64,000 bases of DNA from an uncultured Pelagibacteraceae bacterium (GCA_902612225.1 CACMCS010000003.1:1983-65982); one strand, 5' to 3'; positions 38,732 through 52,587 are shown, numbered from the stretch's first letter. Numbers and translations: made by a program. Notes: generated by a model from the letters alone, not told the origin.

Positions 38732-39838
38732 ATGAACAACTATTTTGTAATATTGGCTGCCGGAAAAAGTAAGAGATTTCATAAAAAAATACCTAAGCAA
38801 TTCTATAATTATAAGAATAAAGAAATTATTGATCACTCTATTGAAAAATCAGTCAATTCGAAGCTTTTTAAAAAAATTTTAGTTGTCACTAATAATATTA
38901 ATCATTTCAAAAAAAAGAAGATCCACCATTCAGTCAAAGTAATAAAGGGGGGCAAAGAAAGATCTGACTCTTCTTTAAAAGCTTTAAAATATTTAAAAAA
39001 ATACAAACCTAATAATATACTGATACATGATGCTGCCAGACCTGATTTTACAATTAAATTATTGAGGGAATTGTTGGGACATTTAAAAAGAAATATAGCT
39101 GTAATTCCATATATAAGCTCTAAAGATACAATAAAATATAGAGTCAAAAATGAATTATACAATCTCAATAGAGAAAACACATATCTTACTCAAACACCAC
39201 AAGCATTTAAGTTTAAAAAATTATACGAACTTGCAATTAATGAAAAAAGTAAAATTACGGATGAAGCAACTTTATTCGTCAATAAAAATCGTAAAATAAA
39301 ATTTATAAAAGGAGAAAATAATAATAATAAAATTACTTTTCAAAGTGATATAAAATTAGCTAAAACCTTTTTTGGAATTGGTTTTGATATTCACAGATTA
39401 GTAAGAAATAAAAAGCTTTATTTAGGCGGTGCTAAAATACCGTTTCACTCGGGATTGAAAGGACATTCAGATGGAGACGTAATTTTACATTCAATTATAG
39501 ACTCGATCTTAGGTGCAATGAGAAATAAAGATATTGGATCTTTTTTTCCAAACACAAAAAAATATAAAAATATTAGGTCCCCCAAAATATTAAAACCAGT
39601 AGTTGAAAGTCTTTATAAATCAAATTTTTTTATAAATAATTTAGATATAAATTTGATTTGTGAACAACCAAAAGTATCAAAATACAGAGATCGAATAATC
39701 AACTCTGTCTCTAAACTAATGATGTTAAAAAAAGATCTTATAAATTTAAAAGGTAAAACAGTTGAAAAACTTGGTTTGATTGGAAAAGAAAAAGCCATCG
39801 CATGTGAAGTTATAATTTCAATAACAAAATATGATTAA
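38732..39838 (+). CDS. ispDF: Bifunctional IspD/IspF
   Basis: LAAGKSKRF, HDAARP and QTPQAF (IspD); GFDIH and GHSDGDV (IspF). Confidence 0.94.
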   Translation: MNNYFVILAAGKSKRFHKKIPKQFYNYKNKEIIDHSIEKSVNSKLFKKILVVTNNINHFKKKKIHHSVKVIKGGKERSDSSLKALKYLKKYKPNNILIHDAARPDFTIKLLRELLGHLKRNIAVIPYISSKDTIKYRVKNELYNLNRENTYLTQTPQAFKFKKLYELAINEKSKITDEATLFVNKNRKIKFIKGENNNNKITFQSDIKLAKTFFGIGFDIHRLVRNKKLYLGGAKIPFHSGLKGHSDGDVILHSIIDSILGAMRNKDIGSFFPNTKKYKNIRSPKILKPVVESLYKSNFFINNLDINLICEQPKVSKYRDRIINSVSKLMMLKKDLINLKGKTVEKLGLIGKEKAIACEVIISITKYD

Positions 39839-40334
39839 AACTATTAATACTTTGTTTGTAACAATGTTGGGTTTAGGTAAAGTTCCAAAAATTCCAGGTA
39901 CTTTTGGATCATTAACTACAGTAATTATTCTTTACCTTTTTTTTCACATATTTAATTTATCTTCAAAATTAATATTAATACTATTAATAGTAATTTTCAT
40001 TTTATCTTTTTTTGCTGTAGCGCATCATATTAAAGATAATGAAAATAAAGATCCCAAAGAAGTAATTATCGATGAATTTATTGGTCAATCAATACCTATT
40101 TATCTTTATGAAATTTCACATGGCACAGAAAAATCACCGAATGAAGCATTATTTTTTTATGGTATTTGTTTTGTCTTATTCAGATTTTTTGACATTGCAA
40201 AACCATTTCCCGTAAATTTTTTTGATAAAAACTTTAAAAATAGTTTTGGTGTAATTATGGATGATGTAATTGCAGGAATTTATGTTGTTTTATCTTTAAT
40301 TTGTTTTATGGTTTTAAGCAGTTATTTTGTGTAA
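39831..40334 (+). CDS. pgpA: Phosphatidylglycerophosphatase A
   Basis: PGTFGS, DPKEVIIDE, FRFFDIAKP and GVIMDD motifs. Confidence 0.93.
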   Translation: MIKTINTLFVTMLGLGKVPKIPGTFGSLTTVIILYLFFHIFNLSSKLILILLIVIFILSFFAVAHHIKDNENKDPKEVIIDEFIGQSIPIYLYEISHGTEKSPNEALFFYGICFVLFRFFDIAKPFPVNFFDKNFKNSFGVIMDDVIAGIYVVLSLICFMVLSSYFV

Positions 40335-40795
40335 TGAAATTATTAATCAAGCTATTAATTAGAAAAAAAATTAAAGTATCAGTTGCTGAGTCTTGCACAG
40401 GAGGATTATTAGCCTCTGCTATCACTTCAATTAGTGGTGCATCAAAAATATTCAATCTAGGTTTGATCACCTATTCTAATCAAGCAAAAATAAAGATTTT
40501 AAAAGTAAATAAAAAAATTATCAAAAAATATGGTGCTGTGAGCTATGAATGTTGCTATGCAATGGTTAATAATTTATCTAAAATTTCAAAGGCCAATATT
40601 AATGTTTCGATTACCGGTATTGCGGGACCAAGAGGTGGCACCAAAGGAAAACCTGTTGGTTTAGTTTATATTGGAGTTAAAAAAGGAGGTAAAATCGAGA
40701 TAAATAAATTTTTATTCAAAAGTAAAAAAAGATCCTCAATACAAAAAGCTACTGTAAAAAAAGCCCTAAATCTAATTCTTAGAGCTGCTAAATAA
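40334..40795 (+). CDS. cinA: CinA C-terminal domain protein (PncC-like NMN deamidase)
   Basis: AESCTGG, TYSN, GAVS, ITGIAGP and KPVGLV motifs; start reassigned to the ATG overlapping the pgpA stop. Confidence 0.9.
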   Translation: MKLLIKLLIRKKIKVSVAESCTGGLLASAITSISGASKIFNLGLITYSNQAKIKILKVNKKIIKKYGAVSYECCYAMVNNLSKISKANINVSITGIAGPRGGTKGKPVGLVYIGVKKGGKIEINKFLFKSKKRSSIQKATVKKALNLILRAAK

Positions 40796-41230
40796 CTGCT
40801 CAGCCCTGTTTTGAAATGCATCAGCTATTTTCTCTAATCCAAATTGAAAAGATACAATCATTAACGAATTTAAAAATTTATTTTTGATTTCAAAATCAAT
40901 ATCAAAAGTTACTTCAGTAATTCCATTCTCTTTATCAACAAAAATCCAATTGTTGGATAAATGATTTAAAGGTCCTTCTATATTCTTAACAAAAATTAAG
41001 TCTTTCTTTTTATCAAAAACTACATCACTTTTATAAGTGTCTTTGAACGGTCCTTTTCCTATTGTTAAGTCTGCAATTATTTTTGTTAAATCACCTTCAT
41101 TTTTATTTTCATATATTTTTGCACCAAAACAGAATGGAACAAATTCTGGATATTTTTCAATATCCAAAACTAAATCAATTAAATCTTTTTTTTTACATTC
41201 AATTAATCGCTTAACTGAAGCTTTTGGCAT
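40772..41230 (-). CDS. ratA: RatA/PasT (Coq10-like START domain) protein
   Basis: LVLDIEKYPEFVPFC, GPL..L.N.W.F and AFQNRA motifs; follows lipA. Confidence 0.88.
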   Translation of the reverse strand: MPKASVKRLIECKKKDLIDLVLDIEKYPEFVPFCFGAKIYENKNEGDLTKIIADLTIGKGPFKDTYKSDVVFDKKKDLIFVKNIEGPLNHLSNNWIFVDKENGITEVTFDIDFEIKNKFLNSLMIVSFQFGLEKIADAFQNRAEQLFSSSKN

Positions 41231-42162
41231 TAATGATTTTTTAATCTATTTTGTTGAAGTTTAGCGAAGTCTTCATCTGCATGATATGAAGATCTTGTTA
41301 AAGGAGATGAGGAAACTAATAAAAAACCTTTTGCTTTTGCAATATCACCCAATTCTTTAAACTCCTCAGGTTTATAATATCTATCTAATGGAAAATGCTT
41401 TACAGATGGTTGCAAGTATTGTCCAATTGTTAAAAAATCTACATCAGCAGTTTTTAAATCATCCATTACTTGTAAAATTTCATCTCTTGTTTCACCTAAA
41501 CCAACCATTATTCCAGATTTAGTAAAAACCCTATTGTTCATTTTTTTTGCATTTTTTAAAAGTTCAAGAGATGCAAAATATCTTGAGCCTGGTCTAACTT
41601 TTAAATAAAGACTAGGTACAGTTTCAATATTGTGATTAAAAACGTCAGGATTAGCCTCTAATACTCTTTTATAAGCATCGCCTTTTCTTAAAAAATCGGG
41701 CGTTAAAACTTCGATAGTTGTATTTGGATTGGTTTTTCTTGTTTGGTTTATAACCTCATAAAAATGATTTGAACCACCATCGTCTAAATCATCTCTATCA
41801 ACTGATGTGATTACAACATGTTTTAAATCTAATTTTTTAACAGCTTGAGATATTTTGATTGGTTCTAGCCTGTCTAATTTTTCTGGTTTGCCAGTTTTTA
41901 CATCACAAAAAGCACATGCTCTTGTACATGTATCACCCATGATCATAAAAGTTGCATGTCTTTTACTCCAACACTCAGTTATATTTGGGCAATTTGCCTC
42001 CTGACAAACTGTTACAAGATTATTTTTATTTACAATTGTTTTTGTTAAAAAAAATTCCTTACTATTATTAAGTTTAGATCTAATCCAATCAGGCTTTTTC
42101 TTAATTGGATTAATTGGGTTTTTTACTTTTTCAGGGTGTCTTGGTTTAATTTTTTGCGTCAT
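41230..42162 (-). CDS. lipA: Lipoyl synthase
   Basis: [20 protein letters not shown] and RSSYHA motifs. Confidence 0.97.
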   Translation of the reverse strand: MTQKIKPRHPEKVKNPINPIKKKPDWIRSKLNNSKEFFLTKTIVNKNNLVTVCQEANCPNITECWSKRHATFMIMGDTCTRACAFCDVKTGKPEKLDRLEPIKISQAVKKLDLKHVVITSVDRDDLDDGGSNHFYEVINQTRKTNPNTTIEVLTPDFLRKGDAYKRVLEANPDVFNHNIETVPSLYLKVRPGSRYFASLELLKNAKKMNNRVFTKSGIMVGLGETRDEILQVMDDLKTADVDFLTIGQYLQPSVKHFPLDRYYKPEEFKELGDIAKAKGFLLVSSSPLTRSSYHADEDFAKLQQNRLKNH

Positions 42163-42452
42163 TTTTTTATAATATAAATTTTTTCATTTTTTTTACCAAA
42201 TAAGAATCTTTCTCTAATTAAAGTTTCAATATAATCAAGATCTAGATTGTCACTTAATAATGAATTCTTAAAATCCAAGTCATTTATTTGATTTTTTAAT
42301 GATGATTCCTTAATTTTTAAATCGTTTAAAATTTGTTTTTTTTCATAATATGAAATTAGTCCTCTTTCACCCGACAAGAGATTAAAGAAAAAATATATGA
42401 TTAGAAAAACTGATATAAGTAGAAAATAATTTTTTTTTAATTTTTGGATCAT
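42159..42452 (-). CDS. ftsB: Septum formation initiator FtsB/DivIC
   Basis: TM helix, GERG, coiled coil, DLDYIE..R; follows eno. Confidence 0.85.
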   Translation of the reverse strand: MIQKLKKNYFLLISVFLIIYFFFNLLSGERGLISYYEKKQILNDLKIKESSLKNQINDLDFKNSLLSDNLDLDYIETLIRERFLFGKKNEKIYIIKK

Positions 42453-43704
42453 TAATGAATCTTATTCATTCTAGCTTTTTTTCCAAGTTCTTCTTCTATT
42501 CGTAATAACTGATTATATTTAGCAACTCTTTCTGATCTTGCTAAAGATCCGGTTTTTATTTGATTAGAGTTAGTACCCACTGCAAGGTCTGCAATAAATG
42601 TATCCTCACTTTCTCCTGATCTATGAGAAATGATTGTTTGAAATCCAATAGTTTGAGCAAATCGAATTACATCTAAGGTTTCTGAAACTGTACCGATTTG
42701 ATTTAATTTAATTAAAATTGCGTTAGATGATAAATTTAAAAAACCTTTTTTGAGTCGCTCAAGATTAGTAACATAAAGATCGTCACCTACAATCTGAACT
42801 TTTTTAAGTGATTTCATTAATTTATTCCAAGATATCCAATCATTTTCTGCAAATGGATCTTCTATCGATTTAATCTTATATTTATTAATTATTTTTTTAT
42901 ATTCTTTAATAGATCTTTCTACAGAAATATAGCTTTTTGAATGAATAGAATATTTATTTCTTTTATATAATTCATTTGCAGCTACATCTAAACAAATTGA
43001 AACATCTTTACCGTTAACAAATCCTGACTTTCTAATAGCTGAAACAATTAAATCTAAAGCCTGATTGTTATTGCTAATCATTGGTGCAAATCCACCTTCA
43101 TCTCCAACAGATGTTGAAAGTCCTTTATTCTTTATAATTTTACTTAAATTTTTAATCACTAAAAAACAAATCCTCATCGCATCACTGAAATTTTTTGCGC
43201 GGTCTGGCCTGATCATAAATTCTTGAATTCTCAGACCATTATTAGCATGTGCTCCACCATTAATTATATTCATAAGTGGAAAAGGTAATCTAAAATTATT
43301 TTTAATTAAAAAAGTTTTATATAATGGTTTTTTTCTAATTTTTGCTGAAAGTTTTTTTACAGCCATAGACACAGCTAATATAGAATTTGCCCCTAGTTTT
43401 GTTTTTTGTCTTGTACCATCTAGGTTAATCATTAAAGCATCTATTCTTTCTTGATTATGAATATTTTGTCCTTTAAGTTTTTTTGAAACCTTAGAATTAA
43501 CCAAACTAATTGCATTAAGAACACTTTTTCCTAAATATCTTTTATTATTTTTATCTCTTTTTTCAAAAGCCTCATAAGTTCCTGTAGATGCTCCTGAGGG
43601 ACAAATTGCTATTGCACTTTTGTTTTTTGCAAAAACTTCAGCTTCGATTGTTGGATTACCTCTACTGTCAAAAACTTGTCGGGCTTTTACTTTTGTAATT
43701 TTAC

Positions 43705-43708
<4 letters not shown>
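42452..43708 (-). CDS. eno: Enolase
   Basis: [33 protein letters not shown] and IKTGS motifs. Confidence 0.97.
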
Positions 43709-46154
<2,446 letters not shown>

Positions 46155-46185
46155 TTATAGCTAATAAAAAAGTAAATTAAAAGTA

Positions 46186-46479
46186 TTAATTATTATTTTC
46201 TGGAATTGAGGGTGTATCCTCTTCGACTTGATCTAAAACTGAGCTAGATGGTGTCAAATCACCCCTAGATACTATCGTTAGAGCTAAACTACAAATGATA
46301 AACAGAGTTGCAACAACACCAGTTGCTTTTGTCATAAAATTTCCTGCTGATTTTGAAAACATCATATTTTCCTGGGAAACTCCGATTCCAAGTGCTCCAC
46401 CCTCAGATTTTTGCATTAAAACTAATAAAACTAAAATTAATGCAAGAATGATATTCAGTACTAACAAAATATTTTCCAT
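46186..46479 (-). CDS. secG: Preprotein translocase subunit SecG
   Basis: LMQKSEGGALG, two TM helices, tpiA-secG-pyrG synteny. Confidence 0.93.
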   Translation of the reverse strand: MENILLVLNIILALILVLLVLMQKSEGGALGIGVSQENMMFSKSAGNFMTKATGVVATLFIICSLALTIVSRGDLTPSSSVLDQVEEDTPSIPENNN

Positions 46480-46484
46480 GCAGG

Positions 46485-47207
46485 TTAATTATACGTTTTT
46501 TTGATTATATCAATGAATTTTTTAGGATCTTGAGAAGCACCTCCAATTAGAAATCCATCAATATTTTTTATTAGCTTTAATTTATTTATATTTTTTGGAT
46601 TTACCGAACCCCCATATAAAACTTTGATATTTCTAACTTTTTTTTTTATGAAATTAATAGTGTTAAATAAGTCATCTGCTTTAGGAATTAGACCTGTTCC
46701 AATTGACCACACAGGTTCATAAGCAATTACAATATTTTTTTTTTTCTTAATTTTTTGTAAACCTATAACAATCTGCTTAGATAAAATTTTCTTGGTAATT
46801 TTTTTTCGTTTTTGACCTAAGGTTTCACCTATACAAAAAATAACCTTTAAACCTGCTTGCGTTGCTGCTCTAATCTTGGCATTAATTAATTTATCCGTTT
46901 CACCAGAGTCGCGATTTTCTGAATGACCTAAAATAACATATTTAGCCCCAACATTTTTTAGCATCGTAGGATTTATGGAACCAGTTGAAGCGCCATAAGC
47001 AAGGCTTTCATGACAATTCTGAGCACCAACTTGAATTTTAGAATTTATAACTTTTTTAGACATTGAACGGATTAATGTATTGGGCGGGCAATAAATAATT
47101 TTAATTTTTTTTGATTTTTTAAAAATTTTTAGAAATTTGATTACTTTTTTTAGTGAATTCAATGTACTCAATCCACCAAACATTTTCCAATTAGCAATAA
47201 AATACAT
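46485..47207 (-). CDS. tpiA: Triosephosphate isomerase
   Basis: ANWKM, GHSE, AYEPVWSIGTG, YGGSV and IGGAS motifs. Confidence 0.95.
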   Translation of the reverse strand: MYFIANWKMFGGLSTLNSLKKVIKFLKIFKKSKKIKIIYCPPNTLIRSMSKKVINSKIQVGAQNCHESLAYGASTGSINPTMLKNVGAKYVILGHSENRDSGETDKLINAKIRAATQAGLKVIFCIGETLGQKRKKITKKILSKQIVIGLQKIKKKKNIVIAYEPVWSIGTGLIPKADDLFNTINFIKKKVRNIKVLYGGSVNPKNINKLKLIKNIDGFLIGGASQDPKKFIDIIKKTYN

Positions 47208-47278
47208 ATATTTATTTGTCTTATACTAAAATTTAATCTATAGGTTTGCTTTTTATAGATCAATAAATTTATATAGTA

Positions 47279-48694
47279 ATGATAGGTGCATTTAGAAATT
47301 TTGCCAAAACAAAGTTCGCTGGGATATTAGTTTTTATAATGATTATTCCATTTGTATTTTGGGGTATGGGGAGCATGTTCAGTAGCGGAAATACAAATTC
47401 AATTGTAAAAATAAATGAGACTAATATTTCTACAGAAGAATTTATTGATTACTTAAATAATTCTGGAATTCCTCAGGATACAATAAGAGAGAATTTAAAT
47501 GATAATATTATTGAAGAATTATTATCTGGATTGATTTCGACAAAAATTTTAGATTTAGAAATTGAAGAATACAATTTGATTATTTCTGAAGAAACACTAC
47601 TCGAAATGATAAAAAAAAACAAAAATTTTCTAGACGAGCAAGGACGTTTTCAAAGAATTAAATATGAAAAATTTTTACTTGAAAATAATCAATCTGCACC
47701 TCAGTTTGAATTACGACTAAAAAATCGCGAATTACAAAAAAACTTATTCAGTTTTGTGGGTGCTGGAACTGTTGCTCCAAAATTTTTAGTAAAAAAACTC
47801 TATCAGGATGAAAATAGAAAATTAGAGATAGATTATATAAATTTAAATCAATTTTATAAAAAGAAAGATAGTTTTACAGATAACGATGTAAAAAAATTTT
47901 TAGATGAAAATAAGAATGACTTAAAAGTAGAATATATTGACTTTGATTATTCCATAATAAATCCCAAAAATTTAGTTGGTGTTGATGAATTTAATCAGAC
48001 CTTTTTTGATAAAATTGACCAAATAGAAATTGATATCTCGAATGAACTTCCTTTTGAAAACATCGTTACAAACTTTAATTTAAAGTCTAAGAAAATCAAA
48101 GATTTCAGATTCACTTATGATAAAAGCGATATAGAAAAAAAGATATTTGAGGCAAGAAATAATGAATTTGATATCATTGAATTTAAAGATGATTATATTC
48201 TTTACAAAATAATTAAGTCAGAACAACGTTCTCCTAACGTAAATGATCCAGTCCTCAGAGAAGAGATCTTGGGACTTATGTTTGAAAAAAATAAGTATGA
48301 ATATAACAAGAATTTAATTAAAAAAATTGATGAAAAGAATTTCAACAATGAAAATTTTGTAGAGATGGGAAATAAGAAGATTGAAAATTTAATATTAAAT
48401 TCTATCAAAGATAACAAAAAATTTGATATTAAAGCTGTTGAACTTCTTTACTCATTACCCATAAATTCTTTTACTCTTATAAATGATGAGATGAGCAATA
48501 TTTATTTGGCTAAAATAAAGAACTTTCAAAATCAGACAATGGAAAATGATGATAAGATAAATGAATATATGAATAAACAAAATTCAAATCTAAAAAATAA
48601 TATGTTAAAATCATATGATCTATATCTTAACAGCAGATATGATGTTAATTTAAATCAAAAAACAATAGAACGAGTTAAAAATTTCTTTCAATGA
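47279..48694 (+). CDS. PpiD/SurA N-terminal-domain periplasmic chaperone
   Basis: N-terminal anchor IPFVFWG; tpiA-ppiD-trpE synteny; parvulin domain looks reduced. Confidence 0.75.
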   Translation: MIGAFRNFAKTKFAGILVFIMIIPFVFWGMGSMFSSGNTNSIVKINETNISTEEFIDYLNNSGIPQDTIRENLNDNIIEELLSGLISTKILDLEIEEYNLIISEETLLEMIKKNKNFLDEQGRFQRIKYEKFLLENNQSAPQFELRLKNRELQKNLFSFVGAGTVAPKFLVKKLYQDENRKLEIDYINLNQFYKKKDSFTDNDVKKFLDENKNDLKVEYIDFDYSIINPKNLVGVDEFNQTFFDKIDQIEIDISNELPFENIVTNFNLKSKKIKDFRFTYDKSDIEKKIFEARNNEFDIIEFKDDYILYKIIKSEQRSPNVNDPVLREEILGLMFEKNKYEYNKNLIKKIDEKNFNNENFVEMGNKKIENLILNSIKDNKKFDIKAVELLYSLPINSFTLINDEMSNIYLAKIKNFQNQTMENDDKINEYMNKQNSNLKNNMLKSYDLYLNSRYDVNLNQKTIERVKNFFQ

Positions 48695-50151
48695 ACATAA
48701 ATCGAAGCTTCAAAGATTTTAAGTTTCGACACAGAAGCAATAAAAATCAAATTATATATACTTCAAAAAAAATTCAAGAAGATGAAGAGATTTTAAATTT
48801 AATAGATAATTTTTTAAGTGAAAAAAATAGCTTTATATTTGAGTCGGTAGAGAAAGGAAAAATCAAGGGAAGATACACTATATTTGGTAAAAATCCTGAC
48901 AAGATATGGGAATTCAAAAATAAAATTTCTTATTTAATTCAAAATAAAAAGAAAATTAAACTTAAAGATAAACCTGAAAACTTGATTGAGAAAATTATTG
49001 AGGAGTTTAAATTTGAGACCCCCAAAAATTTACCAAAACTGTGCTCTTTAATTTCAGGATATTTCTCATATGACTCTATAAGATATATAGAGAAAATCCC
49101 TAATAATTGTAAGGATGATCTAAATATACCTGATGTAAGACTTCTGCGACCTAGAACACTAATTATTCATGATAATTTAAAAAAAGAGATTTTTTATATT
49201 AGAAATATCTATAAAGACGAAAAAATTAGAGATTATCAAAAAAAATTTGACGAGGTAAAATCAGATCTTTTTAGATTACTCATTCAATCATCAATTAAGA
49301 ATGTAGATAATAAGACACCATTAAAATCAAAAAATATTAAAGTTAAATCTAATACTTCTAAAAATAGATTCTTGCAAATGATCAATACAGCCAAAAAATA
49401 TATAAAATTAGGAGATATATTCCAGGTAGTTTTAAGTCAAAGATTTGAAGCTAAATTAACAAAAAAACCAATTGATATTTATAAAAAACTTAGAGTGACT
49501 AACCCATCACCTTTTATGTTTTTTTTTAATTTCAATGACTTCCAAATTATTGGTGCGAGTCCAGAAATTTTAGTGAGACTAAGAGATAATAAAATTACTG
49601 TAAGACCAATTGCTGGAACGAGACCACGAGGAAAAACATTAAAAGAGGATCGTTTTTATGAAAAAGATCTTCTTAATGACAAAAAGGAGCTTTCAGAGCA
49701 CTTAATGTTATTAGATTTAGGAAGAAATGATGCTGGTAAAGTTTCAAAAATTAATACGGTAAAAGTAACTGAGAGTTTTATTATTGAGAGATATTCTCAT
49801 GTAATGCACATAGTATCAAATGTCATCGGTGTGTATAATAAGAAATTTTCTAAGTTTAAATCACTTCTAGCTGGTTTCCCTGCAGGAACTGTCTCTGGAG
49901 CACCAAAAATTAGAGCTATGGAAATAATTGATGAATTAGAAACAACTAAGAGAAAAGTTTATGCTGGTGGTATTGGCTATTTTTCAGCTAACGGGGAATT
50001 TGATACATGTATAGCTTTAAGAACAGCTGTCGCTAAAAATAATAAATTTTATGTTCAAGCTGGTGCTGGAATTGTAGCTGATAGTAAACCTTTAAAAGAG
50101 TACGAGGAAACTGTTAATAAAGCAAAAGCTTTGATTAATGCTTTAAAATGA
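48691..50151 (+). CDS. trpE: Anthranilate synthase component I
   Basis: FESVE, GDIFQVV, NPSP, RPIAGTR, EHLMLLDLGRND and GAPK motifs. Confidence 0.95.
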   Translation: MNINRSFKDFKFRHRSNKNQIIYTSKKIQEDEEILNLIDNFLSEKNSFIFESVEKGKIKGRYTIFGKNPDKIWEFKNKISYLIQNKKKIKLKDKPENLIEKIIEEFKFETPKNLPKLCSLISGYFSYDSIRYIEKIPNNCKDDLNIPDVRLLRPRTLIIHDNLKKEIFYIRNIYKDEKIRDYQKKFDEVKSDLFRLLIQSSIKNVDNKTPLKSKNIKVKSNTSKNRFLQMINTAKKYIKLGDIFQVVLSQRFEAKLTKKPIDIYKKLRVTNPSPFMFFFNFNDFQIIGASPEILVRLRDNKITVRPIAGTRPRGKTLKEDRFYEKDLLNDKKELSEHLMLLDLGRNDAGKVSKINTVKVTESFIIERYSHVMHIVSNVIGVYNKKFSKFKSLLAGFPAGTVSGAPKIRAMEIIDELETTKRKVYAGGIGYFSANGEFDTCIALRTAVAKNNKFYVQAGAGIVADSKPLKEYEETVNKAKALINALK

Positions 50152-50717
50152 AAAAAATAATTCTTATAGATAATTACGATAGTTTCACTTTTAATCTTTA
50201 TCATTACCTATCTTCATTAAAAGTTAAGGTAGATGTAATAAGAAATGATCAGATTACATCTAATGAGATATTAAAAAGAAAATATAATAAAATTGTAATC
50301 TCACCGGGCCCAGGTAATCCTGATCAATCAGGTAATTGTTTAAAAATAGTAAAATCTTTATATAAAAAAATTCCAATTCTTGGTGTTTGTCTTGGTCATC
50401 AAATTATTGGACAGGTATTTGGCTCTAAAATTGTTCAGGCTAAAAAACTAATGCATGGTAAAACGAGCAAAATTATCTCAAATAAGTTGGGAATTTTAAA
50501 AAATCTTCCAAAATCATTTGAGGCAACACGTTATCACAGCTTAATTATTGATAAAAAAACACTATCAAAACATCTTGAAATCACTGCGGAGAGCAAAGAT
50601 GGTTTAGTAATGGGTGTTCAGCATAAAAAATATAATGTTCATGGAGTGCAATTTCACCCTGAAAGTATTAAAACTAAACTTGGTATCAAAATTTTAAAAA
50701 ATTTTATTAGACTTTAA
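50148..50717 (+). CDS. trpG: Anthranilate synthase component II
   Basis: IDNYDSF, SPGPG, GVCLGHQ and QFHPES motifs. Confidence 0.95.
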   Translation: MKKIILIDNYDSFTFNLYHYLSSLKVKVDVIRNDQITSNEILKRKYNKIVISPGPGNPDQSGNCLKIVKSLYKKIPILGVCLGHQIIGQVFGSKIVQAKKLMHGKTSKIISNKLGILKNLPKSFEATRYHSLIIDKKTLSKHLEITAESKDGLVMGVQHKKYNVHGVQFHPESIKTKLGIKILKNFIRL

Positions 50718-50722
50718 TATTA

Positions 50723-51715
50723 ATGAAACAATTCATAGATAAAATTAAAAATAAAGATGACCTCTCCTTTGAGGAAAGTAAGGCAGCTTTCGAATTATTA
50801 ATGGAAGGTAAGGCAAATGAACAGGAAATATTTGATTTTTTAACACTTTTGTCCGCTAAAGGTGAAGTTTCAAATGAGATTGCTGGAGGAGTATACGTTC
50901 TAAGAAATAAATCAAAAAGAGTAAATGTGCAAAATTGTATTGATACATGTGGTACAGGTGGTGATGGAAAGAACACACTCAATATTTCAACAGCTTCTGC
51001 GTTATTACTCGCAAGTATGGGTGTTAAAGTAGCAAAACATGGAAATAAAGCAGTATCTTCTAAATGTGGATCTGGTGATGTTTTAGAGGCATTAAATATA
51101 AAAATTAATTTAGAACCAAATAATATTGAGTCACAAATTGAAAAAAATAATTTTGGTTTTATGTTTGCACCAAATTACCATAGTGCAATGAAATACGTTG
51201 GACCTACAAGAAAGAAAATTGGTAAAAGAACAATTTTTAATATGATTGGTCCTTTGAGTAGTCCAGCTTTAGTTAAAAGACAAGTCGTCGGTGTCTTTGA
51301 AAAAAAGTTATTAAAAACATTTGCTAACGCTTTAAAAAGTTTAGATATTAAATTTGCATGGATCGTCAATAGTGAAGATGGTTTAGATGAAATTTCACCC
51401 TATGCTAAAACAAATGTTATTCAATTAAAAAACAATGTTATCTCTGAAATTGTTATTGATCCAAAAAAATTAGATATCAATGCAGATAAATTTAAAAATC
51501 TCGTTGGTGATGATGCAAAATTTAATGCTAATAAAATGCTTGAAATATTTAAAGGTGAAGATAATGATTTTTCTAAAGCAGTATGTTTAAATGCTGCAGC
51601 AGGATTGATTGTTAATGAAACTCATGAAGAGTTTATCGAAGCATATAAAAATACAAGAGAGCATATTTTGTCAAACAAAGTTATCAAACATTTAGAAAAA
51701 ATTCAAAATGCCTGA
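50723..51715 (+). CDS. trpD: Anthranilate phosphoribosyltransferase
   Basis: DTCGTGGDG, NIST, KHGN and DGLDE motifs. Confidence 0.96.
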   Translation: MKQFIDKIKNKDDLSFEESKAAFELLMEGKANEQEIFDFLTLLSAKGEVSNEIAGGVYVLRNKSKRVNVQNCIDTCGTGGDGKNTLNISTASALLLASMGVKVAKHGNKAVSSKCGSGDVLEALNIKINLEPNNIESQIEKNNFGFMFAPNYHSAMKYVGPTRKKIGKRTIFNMIGPLSSPALVKRQVVGVFEKKLLKTFANALKSLDIKFAWIVNSEDGLDEISPYAKTNVIQLKNNVISEIVIDPKKLDINADKFKNLVGDDAKFNANKMLEIFKGEDNDFSKAVCLNAAAGLIVNETHEEFIEAYKNTREHILSNKVIKHLEKIQNA

Positions 51716-52499
51716 AAATGTTCTCGAAAAAATAATTAAAAAGAAAAAAGAAAAAATAGAGAATTCTAAAAAAAATATTTCAATAGGGTCATTAAATGAA
51801 TTAATTGAGAAAAATAAAATGTTTATTAATTTTAAAGAAAATATTGAAAAAAATATTAAGGAAAATAAATTTTCAATTATTGCTGAGATCAAAAAAGCTA
51901 GTCCTTCTGCAGGTGTAATCATAAATGATTACAACCCTGTAAAAATAGCTGGTATATATAATGATAACAAAGCAACTTGTTTGTCTGTTTTGACTGAAGA
52001 AAATTTTTTTTTAGGAGATTTGAGACATATAAGTGAAATTAAACAAAATATTAATTTGCCAATTCTTTGTAAGGACTTTTTTGTAGATAAATTTCAAATT
52101 CCATTAGCAAAGAGTTATGGAGCAGATGCAATATTAATTATATTAGCTGGTGTAAGTGAAAGCCTTGCAAATGAGTTATATGAGGAAGCTTTAAAATTTA
52201 ATATGTCTGTTATAGTTGAGGTGCATACAGTTGAGGAAGCAAAACAAGCTTTAAAATTTAAAGATGCATTAATTGGTATCAATAATAGGAACTTAAAAAC
52301 TCTTCAAACTGATATAAATACAACTTTTGATATTCATGATGTTTTGGTTAATCATAAAGGTCCATTAATTTCTGAAAGTGGAATAAAAACAAAAGATGAA
52401 CTACTAGAACTCTCAAATAAAACATCTATTAAAACTTTTCTAATTGGTGAATCACTTTTGAAAAATTTGGAAAATAATTCTATTTTCTCAGTACTTTAG
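51708..52499 (+). CDS. trpC: Indole-3-glycerol phosphate synthase
   Basis: IAEIKKASPSAG, SVLTE, GINNRNL and SESG motifs. Confidence 0.96.
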   Translation: MPENVLEKIIKKKKEKIENSKKNISIGSLNELIEKNKMFINFKENIEKNIKENKFSIIAEIKKASPSAGVIINDYNPVKIAGIYNDNKATCLSVLTEENFFLGDLRHISEIKQNINLPILCKDFFVDKFQIPLAKSYGADAILIILAGVSESLANELYEEALKFNMSVIVEVHTVEEAKQALKFKDALIGINNRNLKTLQTDINTTFDIHDVLVNHKGPLISESGIKTKDELLELSNKTSIKTFLIGESLLKNLENNSIFSVL

Positions 52500-52548
52500 T
52501 CAAATAGTTCCCTATTTTATTGGGTTTTTTACTATTGTGAATTGAAGA

Positions 52549-52585
52549 GAACTTTTGTAGAACAGATTTTGTACGATATTTGTTC
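52549..52585. promoter_or_regulatory. LexA (SOS) operator array
   Basis: GAAC-N7-GAAC-N7-GTAC-N7-GTTC ending 2 bp before the lexA ATG; matches the alphaproteobacterial GAAC-N7-GAAC / GTTC-N7-GTTC box. Confidence 0.88.
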
Positions 52586-52587
52586 TT

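Noticed and set aside
40772-41230. RatA as a toxin-antitoxin or defence system
   Set aside because: No ratB partner; the lipA-linked Coq10-like protein is a housekeeping ubiquinone-binding factor
48691-52499. trp attenuator or leader peptide
   Set aside because: trpE overlaps the upstream ppiD-like gene, leaving no leader region
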